Shown: positions 10,441 to 21,597, counted from the first letter of the stretch. The stretch is DNA of 64,000 bases from Flavobacteriales bacterium (GCA_019912395.1 JAIOIH010000014.1:16800-80799); one strand, 5' to 3'. Numbers and translations are program-made. The notes: a model not told the origin generated them from the sequence alone.

Positions 10441-11400
10441 TCAGTGGTTCACTCCCTTTTTGCCCGGGAAATAGCTGGAGGAGGAACGGATCGCTTTCCG
10501 GCTCCAGTTCCAGATCACCACCTGGTAACCGCGCCAGATATAGTCCACCGGGGCCACGAGGAAGTGCATGAACCGCGTGAAGGGGATGATCGCCACGATG
10601 AAGAATGCCGAGAACATGTGCATCTTCACCGTCCACGGCAAGGCGCTGACCTCCGCAACGTCGGGATTGAACGCAAAGAGGGAGCGCAGGTAGGGCGTGA
10701 TCGCGGAAGCGAACCAGGAAGATCCCCAGTTATTGGCCACGGCGACGATCAATCCGGTGAGTATCTGTACGAGAAGGACCACGTACACGAGCATGTCCAT
10801 GCGGTTGGTCACCATCATCACCTTGCGGCTTCCCAACCGCCGCCGGATCAGGAGCACCAACCCGAGCAAGGTGGCCAGACCGAAGATGAACGCGCTCATC
10901 TCCAGGATCAACAACCGCACCGGTTCGCCGTTCCATGCCAGTACGCTCTTGGGGAAGAGGAACGCGATCAAGTGGCCGAAGAAGAGCCACATCAATCCGT
11001 AGTGGAACGGTTGGCTCCCCCAGAAGAGCTTCTTGCGCTCCAGGAACTCGGAGGAAAGCGACGAGACCTGGAACCCCCGGTTCATGTACCGGTAGATCGA
11101 ACCGATCAGGAAGATCGCCAGAGCGATGTACGGGAATGCAACGAGCGTCATCATGTTCATCACGGCGCCACCGGCATCCCAACCGACCTTGAGCGCCCAT
11201 GCCACAAGCACAGCCACGCCCAGCATCGCCAGGAACACCACGACATAATTGGGCCTTGCGGTCCTTGGCGCGATGCCCTGTTCCAGGATGGTTCTCCTCG
11301 CCTTCAAATAGGTGGTGACGACGAAATACAGCACAATGGCCCCCGCCAAGATCGCCAATGGCTGGAGGTAACCTTCGAATTGCGCGGTGAGCATGTACAT
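10441..11400 (-). CDS. narI: Respiratory nitrate reductase gamma subunit with two extra N-terminal TM segments
   Basis: FPYIALAIFLIG...SSLSSEFLE...FHYG...GHL...KMHM...PFTRFMH heme b ligands; start at ATG 11400, immediately after the narJ stop. Confidence 0.9.
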   Translation of the reverse strand: MYMLTAQFEGYLQPLAILAGAIVLYFVVTTYLKARRTILEQGIAPRTARPNYVVVFLAMLGVAVLVAWALKVGWDAGGAVMNMMTLVAFPYIALAIFLIGSIYRYMNRGFQVSSLSSEFLERKKLFWGSQPFHYGLMWLFFGHLIAFLFPKSVLAWNGEPVRLLILEMSAFIFGLATLLGLVLLIRRRLGSRKVMMVTNRMDMLVYVVLLVQILTGLIVAVANNWGSSWFASAITPYLRSLFAFNPDVAEVSALPWTVKMHMFSAFFIVAIIPFTRFMHFLVAPVDYIWRGYQVVIWNWSRKAIRSSSSYFPGKKGVNH

Positions 11401-11402
11401 GG

Positions 11403-12092
11403 TCAGTTCGTTTTGAGGGTCTTGGGATGTGGGGTGCTGCACGTTCCGCACGTGGCAGCGCCATGGATGAATGCTTGTGAGGCGGGTAGTTCGTTCACGT
11501 GGTTCTCCACTTCGAGGTGCTCGCTCTGGAAAAGGGTAAGCAATGCACTGAGCGCGTTGCCGTACACATTGCCGTCCTCACACCCTTGGAGCACGATGGC
11601 ATTGTGCTTGCGCATCAGCATCTTCTCCCGCAGCTGCATGCGCGCCGTCTCGAACTCCTTGAGCATGAGCCTCAATGCGGGCATCACGATCCGCGTGCAG
11701 AGCTCATCGCGAATGGCGTGGTCCTTCATCAAGGGCAGCAAGGTCAACACGTTCACCAGGTTGTCCGGAAGTTCGCCGCCGCAATCGTTCCCCACTTCGG
11801 CCTGTTCGCGCTTCATGTTCACCAGGAACTCCCCGCGCTTGTAATCCTCACCGAAGATCACGTATCCCAGGTCGGGATAGCAGATGGCTTGCACGTGGAA
11901 GGTGCGCGTATAGATCTCCTCCTGGTCGTACAGCGCCGTGGTGTCCACCCATTGGGCGAAGCGTTCCAGGTCAGGCACTGCTTCGGGGCAGGCGGTCCGC
12001 AACATTTCCCGACATGCGCGAACGGCCCCGGGCAGCGCGGCATCGGGGTACCGGAACAAGCCGGCCATGTGGGCATATCGCTCCGCTTTCAT
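11403..12092 (-). CDS. narJ: Nitrate reductase molybdenum cofactor assembly chaperone
   Basis: LFRYP...EEIYTRTF...GEDYKRG...ELPDNL motifs; lies between narH and narI. Confidence 0.85.
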   Translation of the reverse strand: MKAERYAHMAGLFRYPDAALPGAVRACREMLRTACPEAVPDLERFAQWVDTTALYDQEEIYTRTFHVQAICYPDLGYVIFGEDYKRGEFLVNMKREQAEVGNDCGGELPDNLVNVLTLLPLMKDHAIRDELCTRIVMPALRLMLKEFETARMQLREKMLMRKHNAIVLQGCEDGNVYGNALSALLTLFQSEHLEVENHVNELPASQAFIHGAATCGTCSTPHPKTLKTN

Positions 12093-12093
12093 G

Positions 12094-13587
12094 CTACAGG
12101 CCGCGTGCGGGCTTCATTTTGAATCCGAATCCGGTCTCGCCCTTCACGTCGGCGGTCGCTTCGATCATCTCGATGCTCTCCTCGCGGTGTGCCGGCGGGA
12201 TCACGAATCGCTCGTTGAAGGTGGCCAGGGAAGTGAGCCGGAAGATCGCGTCCGCTTCGCCGGGGTTGGTCTTCCCGATCTGGAGCGCCTCCTCCACCTC
12301 TTCCTTGGTCAGGTCGCCCACCGTGGTATCGCGACGGTGGATCTTCACCGCCAGCAATTTGCGCAGCACGTTCCGCACTTTCTCCTCGTCGCCCGCAGTG
12401 AACAGGCTGGCGAGGTATGCCATCGGCAAGCGCGAGGTCTCCACACCACCCCACAGCGATTTGGTGGTGGAATCGTACACGCCATCACTGTCCACGCTCG
12501 CCATGGCGGGCAGCATGGGCGGCACGTAGAAGAGGTTGGGAAGGGTGCGGTACTCGGGGTGCAAGGGCAGGGCGATGCCCCATTCCTTCACGAACTTGTA
12601 CACCGGTGATTGTTGTGCGGAACGGATCGTGGAGTCCGCGATACCGTTGGCTTTTGCGGCCGCGATCACCTGCGGGTCGTTCGGGTCCAGGTAGATCTCC
12701 ATCTGGCGGTCCACCAGCTCGTTCTCCGGGCAGGAGGCCACCGCCTCGATCCGGTCGGCATCGTAGAGCATCACCCCGAGGTAGCGGATACGGCCCACGC
12801 AACTGTGCATGCAGGCCGGTGCCTGCCCCGACTCAAGGCGTGGGTAGCAGAGGATGCACTTCTCGGATTTCCCGGTGTTCCAGTTGTAGTAGCTCTTCTT
12901 GTAGGGGCACGCCGTAACGCACATGCGCCATGCGCGGCAGCGCTCCTGGTTGAGGAGCACGATGCCGTCCTCCCCGCGCTTGTACAAGGCGCCCGATGGG
13001 CAGGAACCCACACAGGCCGGATTGAGGCAATGGTTGCAGATCCGCGGCAGGTAGAACATCATCATCCGCTCCAGCTGGAACATGCTTTCCTGTTCCACCG
13101 GCGAGAGGTCCTTGAAGTTCACGTCCTTGCGCGCGTAGTCCGGTGAACCGCCCAGGTCGTCGTCCCAGTTGGGGCCGGCCTTCACGTCGATGTGCTCCCC
13201 GGTCACCAGGGAAACGGGTCGGGCCGTGGGCTGGTCGTCGCCTTCAGGCGCGGTGAACAGGTCGGAGTACTTGTAGGTCCACGGCTCGTAGTAATCCTCC
13301 AGCACGGGCATGTTCGGGTTGTGGAAGATGTTCTTGAGCCCCTTCCACTTGCCTGCACCGCGCAGCGAGACGGAGTTGCCATCCTTCACCCAACCGCCCT
13401 TGTAGATGTCCTGGTCCTCCCATTTGGTGGGGTAGCCGGTACCGGGCTTGGTCTCCACATTGTTCCACCACATGTATTCCGCACCCCGGCGATCGGTCCA
13501 GATGTTCTTGCAAGCGATCGAGCAGGTATGGCACCCGATGCACTTGTCCAAGTGGAACACCATCGTTATCTGTGATCTGACGTTCAT
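12094..13587 (-). CDS. narH: Respiratory nitrate reductase beta subunit
   Basis: LDKCIGCHTCSIACK, RICNHCLNPACVGSCP, CRAWRMCVTACPYKK and KCILC Fe-S motifs. Confidence 0.97.
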   Translation of the reverse strand: MNVRSQITMVFHLDKCIGCHTCSIACKNIWTDRRGAEYMWWNNVETKPGTGYPTKWEDQDIYKGGWVKDGNSVSLRGAGKWKGLKNIFHNPNMPVLEDYYEPWTYKYSDLFTAPEGDDQPTARPVSLVTGEHIDVKAGPNWDDDLGGSPDYARKDVNFKDLSPVEQESMFQLERMMMFYLPRICNHCLNPACVGSCPSGALYKRGEDGIVLLNQERCRAWRMCVTACPYKKSYYNWNTGKSEKCILCYPRLESGQAPACMHSCVGRIRYLGVMLYDADRIEAVASCPENELVDRQMEIYLDPNDPQVIAAAKANGIADSTIRSAQQSPVYKFVKEWGIALPLHPEYRTLPNLFYVPPMLPAMASVDSDGVYDSTTKSLWGGVETSRLPMAYLASLFTAGDEEKVRNVLRKLLAVKIHRRDTTVGDLTKEEVEEALQIGKTNPGEADAIFRLTSLATFNERFVIPPAHREESIEMIEATADVKGETGFGFKMKPARGL

Positions 13588-13608
13588 GGTCTTCGCTGTT
13601 ATCGTTGT

Positions 13609-16600
13609 TCAGAATACGACCTTGTCCATTTTGCGCACCAGCACGTGGGTGTCGCGGTTGGCACCCACCGGCCCCCAGTAGTTGAAGTGGTAGGAGAACT
13701 GGCCGTAGCCCCCCACGAGCAGGTTGGGCTTGAGGTGGACCCGGGTGAAGCTGTTGTGCCCCCCGGCCCGCCGGTTCCCCCGCACCTGTGACTTCGGCAC
13801 GGAGTACGTGCGCTCAGGCGAGTGGTACACGATGCAGACCCCCCGAGGGATCCTCGAGCTGACGCAGGAGCGCGTGCAATAGACACCATGGTCATTGTAC
13901 ACTTCCACCCAATCGTTGTCCTTGATGCCCAGTTCCTCGGCATCCTTCTCGTTGATCCAGCACGGTTCCATGCCGCGCGAAAGGGTCAGCATCCGCAGGG
14001 TGTCGCCGTAGGTGGAGTGGATGTGCCACTTGCCGTGCGGGGTGAGGCAGTTGAGCATCCTGGCCTTCCCGTCGTTCACCGTTTTGCGCAGGTCGCCATA
14101 GACCTGCGGCGTGGGCGATGGCTTGTAGGTGGTGAAGTGTTCCCCGAACATGATGTACCCATCATGGTCGAGGTAGGTGTGCTGCCGCCCGGTCATCGTG
14201 CGCCATGGCATCAAGCGGTCCACGTTGTAGGTGTATGCCGCGTATGCACGGCCCTCGTTCATCAGGCCTGACCACAAGGGCGAGGTGTTGTACCGCCGGG
14301 GCTGGGCCTGCAGGTCCTTGTAGTCGATCCGCACGTCCTTGCTGCCTTCGCCGAGGTCGGCCAGCACCATGCCCGACTTCACCTCCATGTTCCTGTAGGC
14401 GCGGTCGTTCAGCATGCCATTGGTGAGCGTGGAGAGCTTCAACACGGCATTCGCCGCCTCCACATCCTCCCGCAGGGAAGGCAGGTCCTTGCCTTCGATC
14501 CGCTGCACATGCCGCTTGTCCTCGATCATCTCGGCGTACACATCATCGGCCATGTACGAGTTGCCGTGCGCGCCCAAGGTCTTGGTGTTCAAGTTGGCAC
14601 CAAGCGAGATGTACTTGTCGTAGATCTTCGTATAGTCGCGCTCCACGGTAACGATCTTGTGCATCGTCTTGCCGGGGATGGGTTCGCACTCGCCCTTGCT
14701 CCAGTCCTGGATGTTGGTCTGCGTGATCTCGTCGGGACTGTCGTGTTGCAGTGGCACGTTCACGATATCCGTAACGGGCGCGGGCAGGTGGTGCTTGGCC
14801 AATTCGCTCACCTTCTTGGCGATGATCTGGAAGATCTGCCAGTCGGTCTTCGCCTCCCACACCGGTGGTACCGCCTCGGACAGCGGGTGGATGAAGGAGT
14901 GCATGTCGGTACTGTTCAGGTCCGCCTTCTCATACCACGACGCCGTGGACAGCACGATGTCCGAGTAGAGCGCGGAGGTGTCCATCCGGAAGTTGATGTC
15001 CACCACCAGGTCCAACTTGCCCGATGGCGACTTCTCGCGGTACACGATGTCATGGACCATGTCACCGGCCACCTCGTCGGCGATGTCGTTGTGGTGCGTG
15101 CCCAGGTAGTGGTTCAGCATGTACTCATGGCCCTTGGCGCTGGACATCAGGGCGTTGCCGCGCCAGATGAACCAGACCCGCGGGAAGTTCATCGGATCGT
15201 CCGGGTCGGCCACGGAATGCAGCAGGTCCCCCGACTTCAAGCGGGACACCACATGGTCCGCGATCTCCTTGTCCGTGTTCGCACCGGCGGCCTTGGCCTC
15301 CTTGGCGATCTGCAGGTTGCTCTTGTTGTACTGCGGATAGAACGGCATCCATCCGTTGCGCACGGATTTCACGATCCAGTCCGCCGAGTGCATCCGGGCC
15401 AAGGGGTTGGCATCATCCGGAATGCTGTTGTAGTCGGCCTGGCATCCGTCGTAGCGCCATTGGCTGGAATTGATGTAGTGCCAGATGGGCGCCTGCTGCA
15501 GCCTGTTGGCGCCGACCCAGTCCTTGGCGGCCATGATGGTGCCCCAGGAATCGACCGGAGCGAGCTTCTCCTGGCCCACGTAGTGGTTCATGCCACCACC
15601 GTTCTTGCCATTGCAGCCGGTGAGCATCTGCGCCATGATGGACGCCCGGTACATCAGGTTGCCGTGGAACCAGTGGTTGATGGCCGCGCCCACGATCACC
15701 ATGCACTTGCCCTCGGTGGCCTCGGCGGTGGAGGCCCACTCACGAGCGAACTTGATCACCGTCTTCTTGCCGATGCCGGTGAAGATCTCCTGCCAGGCGG
15801 GCGTGTAGGCCTGTTCCTTGTCGTCGTAATCCTGCGGGTACTCTCCCGAGAGGCCGCGGCCCACGCCGTACTGCCCCATGGTCAGGTCGTAGATGGTGGT
15901 CACCGCGATCCGCCTGCCGTCCGCGCCGGTGAGGTACTTCACCGGGATGCCGCGAAGCACCTTCTTCTTCAGTCCGTACTCCACGAACTCCACTTGCAGC
16001 ACTTCGTCGCAATTCTCCAGGAAGGTCAGCTCGGGATCGTATACCGCGTTGTCCGTACCGTTCTCGTACTTCAGGTTCCAGTTGCCCGGCTCCTTGTCCC
16101 AACGGTAGCCCATGGTACCCTTGGGGGTCACCGGTTGGCCGGTATTGGAATCGAGGCACAGGAATTTCCAGTCGCCGTTGCTGATGTCCTTGAACTTCTC
16201 CAACCGATTGGCACGCACCATTTTCATGGGCTTGAAGTGCTCCCCGTTGGGTTCCAGTTCCACCAGGAAGGGGCAGTCCGTGTAGCGCTTCACATACTCA
16301 TGGAAGTACGGCGTGCGCTTGTCCGAGTGCCATTCCTTCAGGATCACGTGGGTGACGGCCATCCAGAACGCACCGTCGCTGCCGGCATGGCAGGGGATCC
16401 ACTGGTCGGCGTGCTTGGCCACCATGCTGAAGTCCGGCGACATCACCACGGTCTTGGTGCCGTTGTGCCGCGCCTCGGAGAAGAAGTGGATGTCGGGCGT
16501 GCGGGTCATGCCCAAGTTGGCGCCCATGCTCACGCAGAACTTGGAGTTGTACCAATCGGCGCTCTCGCAGACATCCGTCTGCTCGCCCCACACTTCGGGG

Positions 16601-17235
16601 AAGGCGCACGGCAGGTCGCAGTACCAATCGTAGAAGCTGAGGTTCACCCCGCCCATGAGCTGCAGGTAGCGCGCGCCGGAAGCGTAGCTCAACATGGACA
16701 TGGCCGGGATGGGCGAGAAGCCGATGATCCGGTCCGGGCCGTATTTCTGCACCGTATGGATGTTGGCCGCCGCGATGAGCTCGAGCACATCGTCCCAATG
16801 TGCCCTGCGGAACCCGCCCTTGCCACGAGCGCGTTGGTAGCGCGAGCGCTTCTCCGGGTCGTTCTGGATGTTGGCCCAAGCCTGCACGGGGTCACCACCC
16901 GTCCGTTCCTTCTCCTTGCGGAACAGGTCCATCAAGGCACCGCGCATCAGCGGGTACTTCACCCGGATCGGGCTGTACAGGTACCACGAGTAGGAGATGC
17001 CCCGCTGGCAGCCGCGTGGCTCGTAAGGGGGCAGCCCCTCCTCCAGAAGCGGGTAGTCCAGCGCCTGCATTTCCCATACGACAATTCCGTCCTTCACGTG
17101 GATGTTCCAGGAACAGCCACCGGTGCAATTGACGCCGTGCGTGCTCCGCACCACTTTGTCATACTGCCAGCGGTTGCGGTAGAACTCCTCCCATTGACGG
17201 GACTTGGGCGAAATGATGTCTTCTATCCAGCTCAT
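13609..17235 (-). CDS. narG: Respiratory nitrate reductase alpha subunit
   Basis: [43 protein letters not shown]; no Tat signal, so cytoplasm-facing type. Confidence 0.97.
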   Translation of the reverse strand: MSWIEDIISPKSRQWEEFYRNRWQYDKVVRSTHGVNCTGGCSWNIHVKDGIVVWEMQALDYPLLEEGLPPYEPRGCQRGISYSWYLYSPIRVKYPLMRGALMDLFRKEKERTGGDPVQAWANIQNDPEKRSRYQRARGKGGFRRAHWDDVLELIAAANIHTVQKYGPDRIIGFSPIPAMSMLSYASGARYLQLMGGVNLSFYDWYCDLPCAFPEVWGEQTDVCESADWYNSKFCVSMGANLGMTRTPDIHFFSEARHNGTKTVVMSPDFSMVAKHADQWIPCHAGSDGAFWMAVTHVILKEWHSDKRTPYFHEYVKRYTDCPFLVELEPNGEHFKPMKMVRANRLEKFKDISNGDWKFLCLDSNTGQPVTPKGTMGYRWDKEPGNWNLKYENGTDNAVYDPELTFLENCDEVLQVEFVEYGLKKKVLRGIPVKYLTGADGRRIAVTTIYDLTMGQYGVGRGLSGEYPQDYDDKEQAYTPAWQEIFTGIGKKTVIKFAREWASTAEATEGKCMVIVGAAINHWFHGNLMYRASIMAQMLTGCNGKNGGGMNHYVGQEKLAPVDSWGTIMAAKDWVGANRLQQAPIWHYINSSQWRYDGCQADYNSIPDDANPLARMHSADWIVKSVRNGWMPFYPQYNKSNLQIAKEAKAAGANTDKEIADHVVSRLKSGDLLHSVADPDDPMNFPRVWFIWRGNALMSSAKGHEYMLNHYLGTHHNDIADEVAGDMVHDIVYREKSPSGKLDLVVDINFRMDTSALYSDIVLSTASWYEKADLNSTDMHSFIHPLSEAVPPVWEAKTDWQIFQIIAKKVSELAKHHLPAPVTDIVNVPLQHDSPDEITQTNIQDWSKGECEPIPGKTMHKIVTVERDYTKIYDKYISLGANLNTKTLGAHGNSYMADDVYAEMIEDKRHVQRIEGKDLPSLREDVEAANAVLKLSTLTNGMLNDRAYRNMEVKSGMVLADLGEGSKDVRIDYKDLQAQPRRYNTSPLWSGLMNEGRAYAAYTYNVDRLMPWRTMTGRQHTYLDHDGYIMFGEHFTTYKPSPTPQVYGDLRKTVNDGKARMLNCLTPHGKWHIHSTYGDTLRMLTLSRGMEPCWINEKDAEELGIKDNDWVEVYNDHGVYCTRSCVSSRIPRGVCIVYHSPERTYSVPKSQVRGNRRAGGHNSFTRVHLKPNLLVGGYGQFSYHFNYWGPVGANRDTHVLVRKMDKVVF

Positions 17236-17251
17236 GGTGTTCCGATTTTCT

Positions 17252-18094
17252 TCAGTTGGATCGCAGTTGTCGTGCGAATATGTCGCGTTTCACGTGCTGC
17301 TTCATGCGCCCGCGCCAATGGACGCCGATCACGAGCAGCAGCGCGATCAGCCCCCCTCCTCCATAGATCACGAAGGGCTCGTAAAGTGATCTGGCCGTCT
17401 GCTCCGCGCTCACCTTGTCGGCATGCTCAAGGAAGGCCGTGAGCGCATGGACCTCCTGCTCGGTGAGCGGCGCGTTGGCATAGCTCGTGGCCATCGCCGG
17501 GAAGGGAGATGCCCCGATGATGCCCGCCACGCCCGCAGCACCCATCCGGCCGAACACGCCGGTGAGGTCCTTCGCAAAATGGCCGCCCAGCATCACCTGG
17601 TCATTGGTCACATTGTGGCAGGAAATGCAAGAGGCCCCCTTGTTCGCGAAGCGGGTGCTCCCCACGAACAGGGCTTGGCCCAGCTCGCGGTCGGCATCCG
17701 TGAACTCCATCGGAGCTTCCGGTTCGGCCGGTGCCGCATCCGTGGCGGCCGGTGCGCTGAAGCCCTTCAAATACCCGATGACCTGATCGATCTCCCCCGC
17801 GCTGAGGTTCTGGTCGGGCATGAGCAATTCATTGTACTCCTTGAAAATGGCCACCGCCTCGGGATCACCCGACTTGATGACCGTCTGTGACGACTTGATG
17901 AAGGCCTTGATCCACTCCTCCGTCTGCCGGTCGGTGATCCCGGTAAGGTCCGGACCCACCAATCGCTTCCCCATCAGGTGGCATGCCCCGCAATTCTGCT
18001 TGAACAACTTCTCACCTTCCTGTGCCATCGCCGGGTTCCGGACCAGCGGCTGTGTGATCAACAGGAGCCAAAAGATCTTTTTCAGGTGTTGCAT
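17252..18094 (-). CDS. Membrane-anchored diheme cytochrome c (NarC-like), first gene of the nar operon
   Basis: Signal peptide, CGACH and CISCH, Met ligand motifs (LMP, PAM), C-terminal TM helix; 16 bp upstream of narG. Confidence 0.85.
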   Translation of the reverse strand: MQHLKKIFWLLLITQPLVRNPAMAQEGEKLFKQNCGACHLMGKRLVGPDLTGITDRQTEEWIKAFIKSSQTVIKSGDPEAVAIFKEYNELLMPDQNLSAGEIDQVIGYLKGFSAPAATDAAPAEPEAPMEFTDADRELGQALFVGSTRFANKGASCISCHNVTNDQVMLGGHFAKDLTGVFGRMGAAGVAGIIGASPFPAMATSYANAPLTEQEVHALTAFLEHADKVSAEQTARSLYEPFVIYGGGGLIALLLVIGVHWRGRMKQHVKRDIFARQLRSN

Positions 18095-18212
18095 GGTCAG
18101 TGGTTAGTGTGATCGATCCGTCCCGAGAGGTATCGGGATCCATCGGATGCTTGGGGGTGATCGGTACTTCGTTTTCGTGGCGTAATGTTCAGGGGCAGTT
18201 GGAAACTACAAG

Positions 18213-18226
18213 ATGATTTATGTCAT
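18213..18226. promoter_or_regulatory. Putative Crp/Fnr-family box ATGAT-ttat-GTCAT
   Basis: RTGAY-N4-RTCAY about 120 bp upstream of the cytochrome c-narGHJI operon. Confidence 0.7.
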
Positions 18227-18425
18227 ATTCATGAAGTGGCGTTCGCGGACCAACGGAGCCTCCACCGGCCCCGGCGGCCGCTTGCCCGCCCTCCTTCCGG
18301 CGCTGGGCCGGCACCTGCGGAAAGCGCGCAAACCCCCTACTACCGGGGCCTTCGGGCGGTCCGCACCGGGGCCGGCCCTGCGCCCCGGTCTGACCAAGCT
18401 CATGGACCACAAGCATTCTCCGAGC

Positions 18426-18433
18426 TACTTTGC
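18426..18433 (+). promoter_or_regulatory. Bacteroidota-type -7 promoter element (TACTTTGC)
   Basis: Resembles the TAnnTTTG consensus, about 20 bp before the modE-like start. Confidence 0.4.
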
Positions 18434-18453
18434 GGCGCTATTCCCGTTCAGCT

Positions 18454-18816
18454 ATGACGCTACCCTGTTCAGCCCCCTCCTCCACCTACGCCGTAATGGG
18501 CAGCATTTGGATCGTATGCGATGGCCACGCCTTTCTGGGCCGGGGCCGGGTCTCCCTGCTGGAGGAGATCGATGACACCGGCTCCATCAGCCAGGCGGCA
18601 CGGCACATGGGCATGTCCTACAAGAAGGCATGGCGCCTGGTGCAAACGATGAACGAGCTGGCCGGGGAGCCCTTGGTGGTGCGCACCAGCGGAGGGGCCG
18701 GTGGAGGCGGAACGGTACTGACGCCCAAGGGCCGCGAGATGATCGCTACCTTCCGTGCCATCGACGCGCAGTACCGCGCCTTCCTGGACGAGGTGATGCG
18801 CCGGACCGAACTTTAG
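18454..18816 (+). CDS. modE: ModE-like winged-helix regulator (N-terminal domain only)
   Basis: LGRGRVSLLEEIDDTGSISQAARHMGMSYKKAW...GGAGGGGTVLT; adjacent to moa genes. Confidence 0.85.
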   Translation: MTLPCSAPSSTYAVMGSIWIVCDGHAFLGRGRVSLLEEIDDTGSISQAARHMGMSYKKAWRLVQTMNELAGEPLVVRTSGGAGGGGTVLTPKGREMIATFRAIDAQYRAFLDEVMRRTEL

Positions 18817-18831
18817 GACCATCCATTGCAC

Positions 18832-19275
18832 ATGAAGACCATCAAGACCAGGAACATCTTCGTTCAGGGAGCCATCACGCCCGAACGCATCGCGACCTCC
18901 ATCGCCCACCACCAGGACAAGACCGGCATCGGTGCCCACGACATATTCCTCGGCCAGGTCCGCGCCGACACCATCGGCACCTCCACGGTGGCCGCCATCG
19001 AGTACAGCGCCCATGAGGAGATGGCCAACGCCGTGATGGCCGGGATCCGCGAGGAGGCCTTCTCCCGCTTCGACCTCACCTGCATGCACGTGTACCATAG
19101 CCTCGGCGCGGTGCCCGCCGGCGGCCTCTGCCTGTTCGTGTTCGTCTCCTCGCCGCACCGCCAGGCCGCTTTCGACGCGTGCCGCTACATGGTGGAACAG
19201 ATCAAGGAAAGACTGCCGATCTTTGGCAAGGAATTGTTCGCCGAGGGCGGGCATCAATGGAAGGAGAACCAGTGA
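18832..19275 (+). CDS. moaE: Molybdopterin synthase catalytic subunit
   Basis: GAHDIFLGQVR...IEYSAHEEMA...HSLG...SSPHR...IKERLPIFGKE. Confidence 0.93.
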   Translation: MKTIKTRNIFVQGAITPERIATSIAHHQDKTGIGAHDIFLGQVRADTIGTSTVAAIEYSAHEEMANAVMAGIREEAFSRFDLTCMHVYHSLGAVPAGGLCLFVFVSSPHRQAAFDACRYMVEQIKERLPIFGKELFAEGGHQWKENQ

Positions 19276-19323
19276 TCGCGCCCCGGTGGCCGAAGGGCCC
19301 TCCCGAGCAGACCGAAGAACCCC

Positions 19324-20235
19324 ATGATCGACATCACCCATAAGGCCAGCACCCTCCGCGAGGCCACCGCCCAAGCGATCGTGCGCACCAGCTCCGCCGC
19401 TACCATCGAGGCCATCCGCAACAAGGCCGTGCCGAAGGGCGACGTGTTCGAGATGGGCAAGGCCGCCGGACTGCTGGGCGTGAAGAAGACCGCCGACCTG
19501 CTGCCCGACTGCCACCCGATGCCGGTGGAATGCGCCAAGGTGGACTATGCGATCGAGGGCCTGGACGTGATCATCACCATGTACGTGAAGACCATCTACA
19601 AGACCGGCGTGGAAGTGGAGGCGATGCACGGCGCCTCGGTGGTGGCCCTCACCCTGTACGACATGCTGAAGCCGATCGACAAGGGCATCGGGATCCACAG
19701 CATCAAGCTGCTGGAAAAGAAGGGCGGCAAGAGCGACTTCACGGACCGCTTCCGGCGCGACCTGAAGGCCATGGTGGTGGTCTGCTCGGACACCATCGCC
19801 GCCGGCAAGAAGGAGGACCGCGCGGGAAAGGCCATCGTGGCCAAGCTGGAACAATGTGCAGTGGCGATCGAGGAATACGTGGTGATCCCCGATGAGGTGG
19901 AACGGATCCAGGCGAAGGTGAAGGAAGCCGTGGCGCGGGGTGCGGACATGATCATCTTCACCGGGGGCACCGGCCTCTCCGTGCGCGACGTCACGCCGGA
20001 AGCGCTCCGGCCATTGATCGAGCGCGATATCCCCGGGGTCAGCGAGGCCATCCGCGCCTACGGCCAGCAGCGCACCCCCTACTCCATGCTCTCGCGCTGC
20101 GTCTCGGGCGTGATCGGCGGCACGCTGGTGCTGGCCCTGCCGGGATCCACGCGCGGGGCGGCGGAATCCATGGATGCCGTGTTCCCCCACCTGCTCCATG
20201 TGTTCAACATCCTCATCGGCGCACGACACGAGTGA
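19324..20235 (+). CDS. moaCB: Bifunctional MoaC/MoaB(MogA) protein
   Basis: MIDITHK...LPDCHP...TGVEVEA...YDMLK (MoaC) fused to TGGTGLSVRDVTPEA...LPGS (MoaB/MogA). Confidence 0.92.
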   Translation: MIDITHKASTLREATAQAIVRTSSAATIEAIRNKAVPKGDVFEMGKAAGLLGVKKTADLLPDCHPMPVECAKVDYAIEGLDVIITMYVKTIYKTGVEVEAMHGASVVALTLYDMLKPIDKGIGIHSIKLLEKKGGKSDFTDRFRRDLKAMVVVCSDTIAAGKKEDRAGKAIVAKLEQCAVAIEEYVVIPDEVERIQAKVKEAVARGADMIIFTGGTGLSVRDVTPEALRPLIERDIPGVSEAIRAYGQQRTPYSMLSRCVSGVIGGTLVLALPGSTRGAAESMDAVFPHLLHVFNILIGARHE

Positions 20236-20257
20236 TACCAAGCGATCCCGGAAGGCC

Positions 20258-20653
20258 ATGTTCAGCTACAACAGCTCCCATAAGATCATCATCGGGATCA
20301 TCATCGTCCTGTGGGCCGCCTTCCACTTCACCGCACGGGACGAGGACCCCGGCCGCTACCCGAACGGCCAGGCCAAGTACAGCGGCAGCCTGGTGAACAA
20401 CCAGAACCATGGCCGATGGACCTGGTACTACGAGAACGGAACGCGCCGGATGGAGGGCCAGTTCAACCGGGGAAAGCGGCAAGGCGTATGGACCACCTGG
20501 GCGAGCGACGGCACCAAGCGCAGCGAAGGCCTGTACGTGAACGATCGGCTCAACGGGGAGTACACCGTGTGGAACGAACAGGGAAAGGAGATCTCGCGCA
20601 CCCGCTACGTGAACGATGTACCGGTGAGGACCGACACCATCGCGGTTCCCTGA
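20258..20653 (+). CDS. MORN-variant repeat (YwqK-like) membrane-anchored protein
   Basis: N-terminal TM segment followed by G-W-x-Y-Y-E-N-G type repeats (HGRWTWYYENG, QGVWTTWASDG, NGEYTVWNEQG). Confidence 0.8.
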   Translation: MFSYNSSHKIIIGIIIVLWAAFHFTARDEDPGRYPNGQAKYSGSLVNNQNHGRWTWYYENGTRRMEGQFNRGKRQGVWTTWASDGTKRSEGLYVNDRLNGEYTVWNEQGKEISRTRYVNDVPVRTDTIAVP

Positions 20654-20680
20654 AGCAGGGTCGCGGCCGTCCCCGAAGGT

Positions 20681-21145
20681 TCAAGGCAGTTCAAAGCGCG
20701 TGCTCCACTCCTTCCCGGAATCCGTCTCCCGCGCCAGCACCATCAGGAAGGCATCCTTGTCCTCCTTCTCGATCCTCCGCGCGATCACCGTGGACGCCGC
20801 GCCGTCCGCTGACCGGATGGGGTCCCCCGGCCGCGGCATGAAGGGAAAGCCGATGGTGATGCGCTGCTCGGGATCGGTCACCAGTTCCATGGCACAGGTA
20901 AAGATGATCTCCTCGATCTTTTCGCCGACCACCTCGTTGTCCACCTCGCCCTTGGCCTTGGGATCAAGCAGGTTCACCCACTTGTGGAACCGCAATGCCG
21001 CCTGCTCGGTCAACTCCTTCCGGATGCCCGGCGGGAACGGCGACCGCAAATGGTCCTGGTCCTTGAACCAGAACTCGATCGTTTCGTGAAGCGCCGGGCT
21101 CTCACGAACGGCCTCCAAGGAGACCTGCTCTTTTGCTTCCGTCAT
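20681..21145 (-). CDS. Hypothetical protein (154 aa)
   Basis: Protein-like ORF from ATG 21145 (MTEAKEQVSL...WSTRFELP); the longer upstream extension in the ORF track runs through repeat DNA. Confidence 0.7.
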   Translation of the reverse strand: MTEAKEQVSLEAVRESPALHETIEFWFKDQDHLRSPFPPGIRKELTEQAALRFHKWVNLLDPKAKGEVDNEVVGEKIEEIIFTCAMELVTDPEQRITIGFPFMPRPGDPIRSADGAASTVIARRIEKEDKDAFLMVLARETDSGKEWSTRFELP

Positions 21146-21281
21146 GGTCCGTTTTGCTGTTTGGTCCGGATGCCTTGTTCGGTGCGTACAGGGTGGAACG
21201 GCTGATCCGTATGTGGAACCCAAAGGTCGTTCACCCTGTCCGATCAAGGGCGAAATGTATTCCGGACCGCGCTTCCAACAG

Positions 21282-21295
21282 ATGACCCTTGTCAT
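21282..21295. promoter_or_regulatory. Putative Crp/Fnr-family box ATGAC-cctt-GTCAT
   Basis: RTGAY-N4-RTCAY upstream of the 154-aa gene, at the left edge of the accessory region. Confidence 0.6.
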
Positions 21296-21312
21296 ATCCG
21301 CGCTCATTCCGG

Positions 21313-21500
21313 GGCGGTGCCTACCCCCACTCCGTGCATGCTCGCCTTTGATCGCTTCGGCAGCCCGCCCCCTTCGGGTTGCGGGCCTTCCCGCGATGAC
21401 GTGCATTGTGGCGCGCGTTGGAAACCGCCGGAGGCGGACCGGCGTGCCGGCACTCGGCAGACCATTGGGATCACGGGGCAAACCGAGCGCCGGGATGGGG
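21313..21500. repeat. Composite dispersed palindromic repeat upstream of cas3
   Basis: 21313-21415 matches about 48311-48408 and 40566-40625 (GCTTCGGCAGCCCGCCCC...CGCGATGACGTGC); 21420-21500 matches 40890-40970, 40991-41047 and 44123-44179 (GGAAACCGCCGGAGGCGGACCGGCGTGCCGG...GGGATCACGGG). Confidence 0.85.
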
Positions 21501-21597
21501 GCTTGGGAGAGATTTTGGGGCCTTCATACAATGGATATTCCGAGTTAAATGCGTTTCTTACAAAACGCAGATCGACCTATTTCTTGTCAATCACAGG

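Noticed and set aside
13609-17235. Nitrite oxidoreductase or periplasmic Nar
   Set aside because: No Tat signal, and narJ/narI are present in canonical order, which fits cytoplasmic NarG.
14509-17442. 977-aa + strand ORF, and similar long antisense ORFs over tnaA, narI, moa and the bcr operon
   Set aside because: Opposite-strand shadows caused by high GC3 codon bias; no protein motifs.
20258-20653. Toxin-antitoxin system suggested by the YwqK-like label
   Set aside because: Only generic MORN-variant repeats with a membrane anchor; no adjacent toxin.
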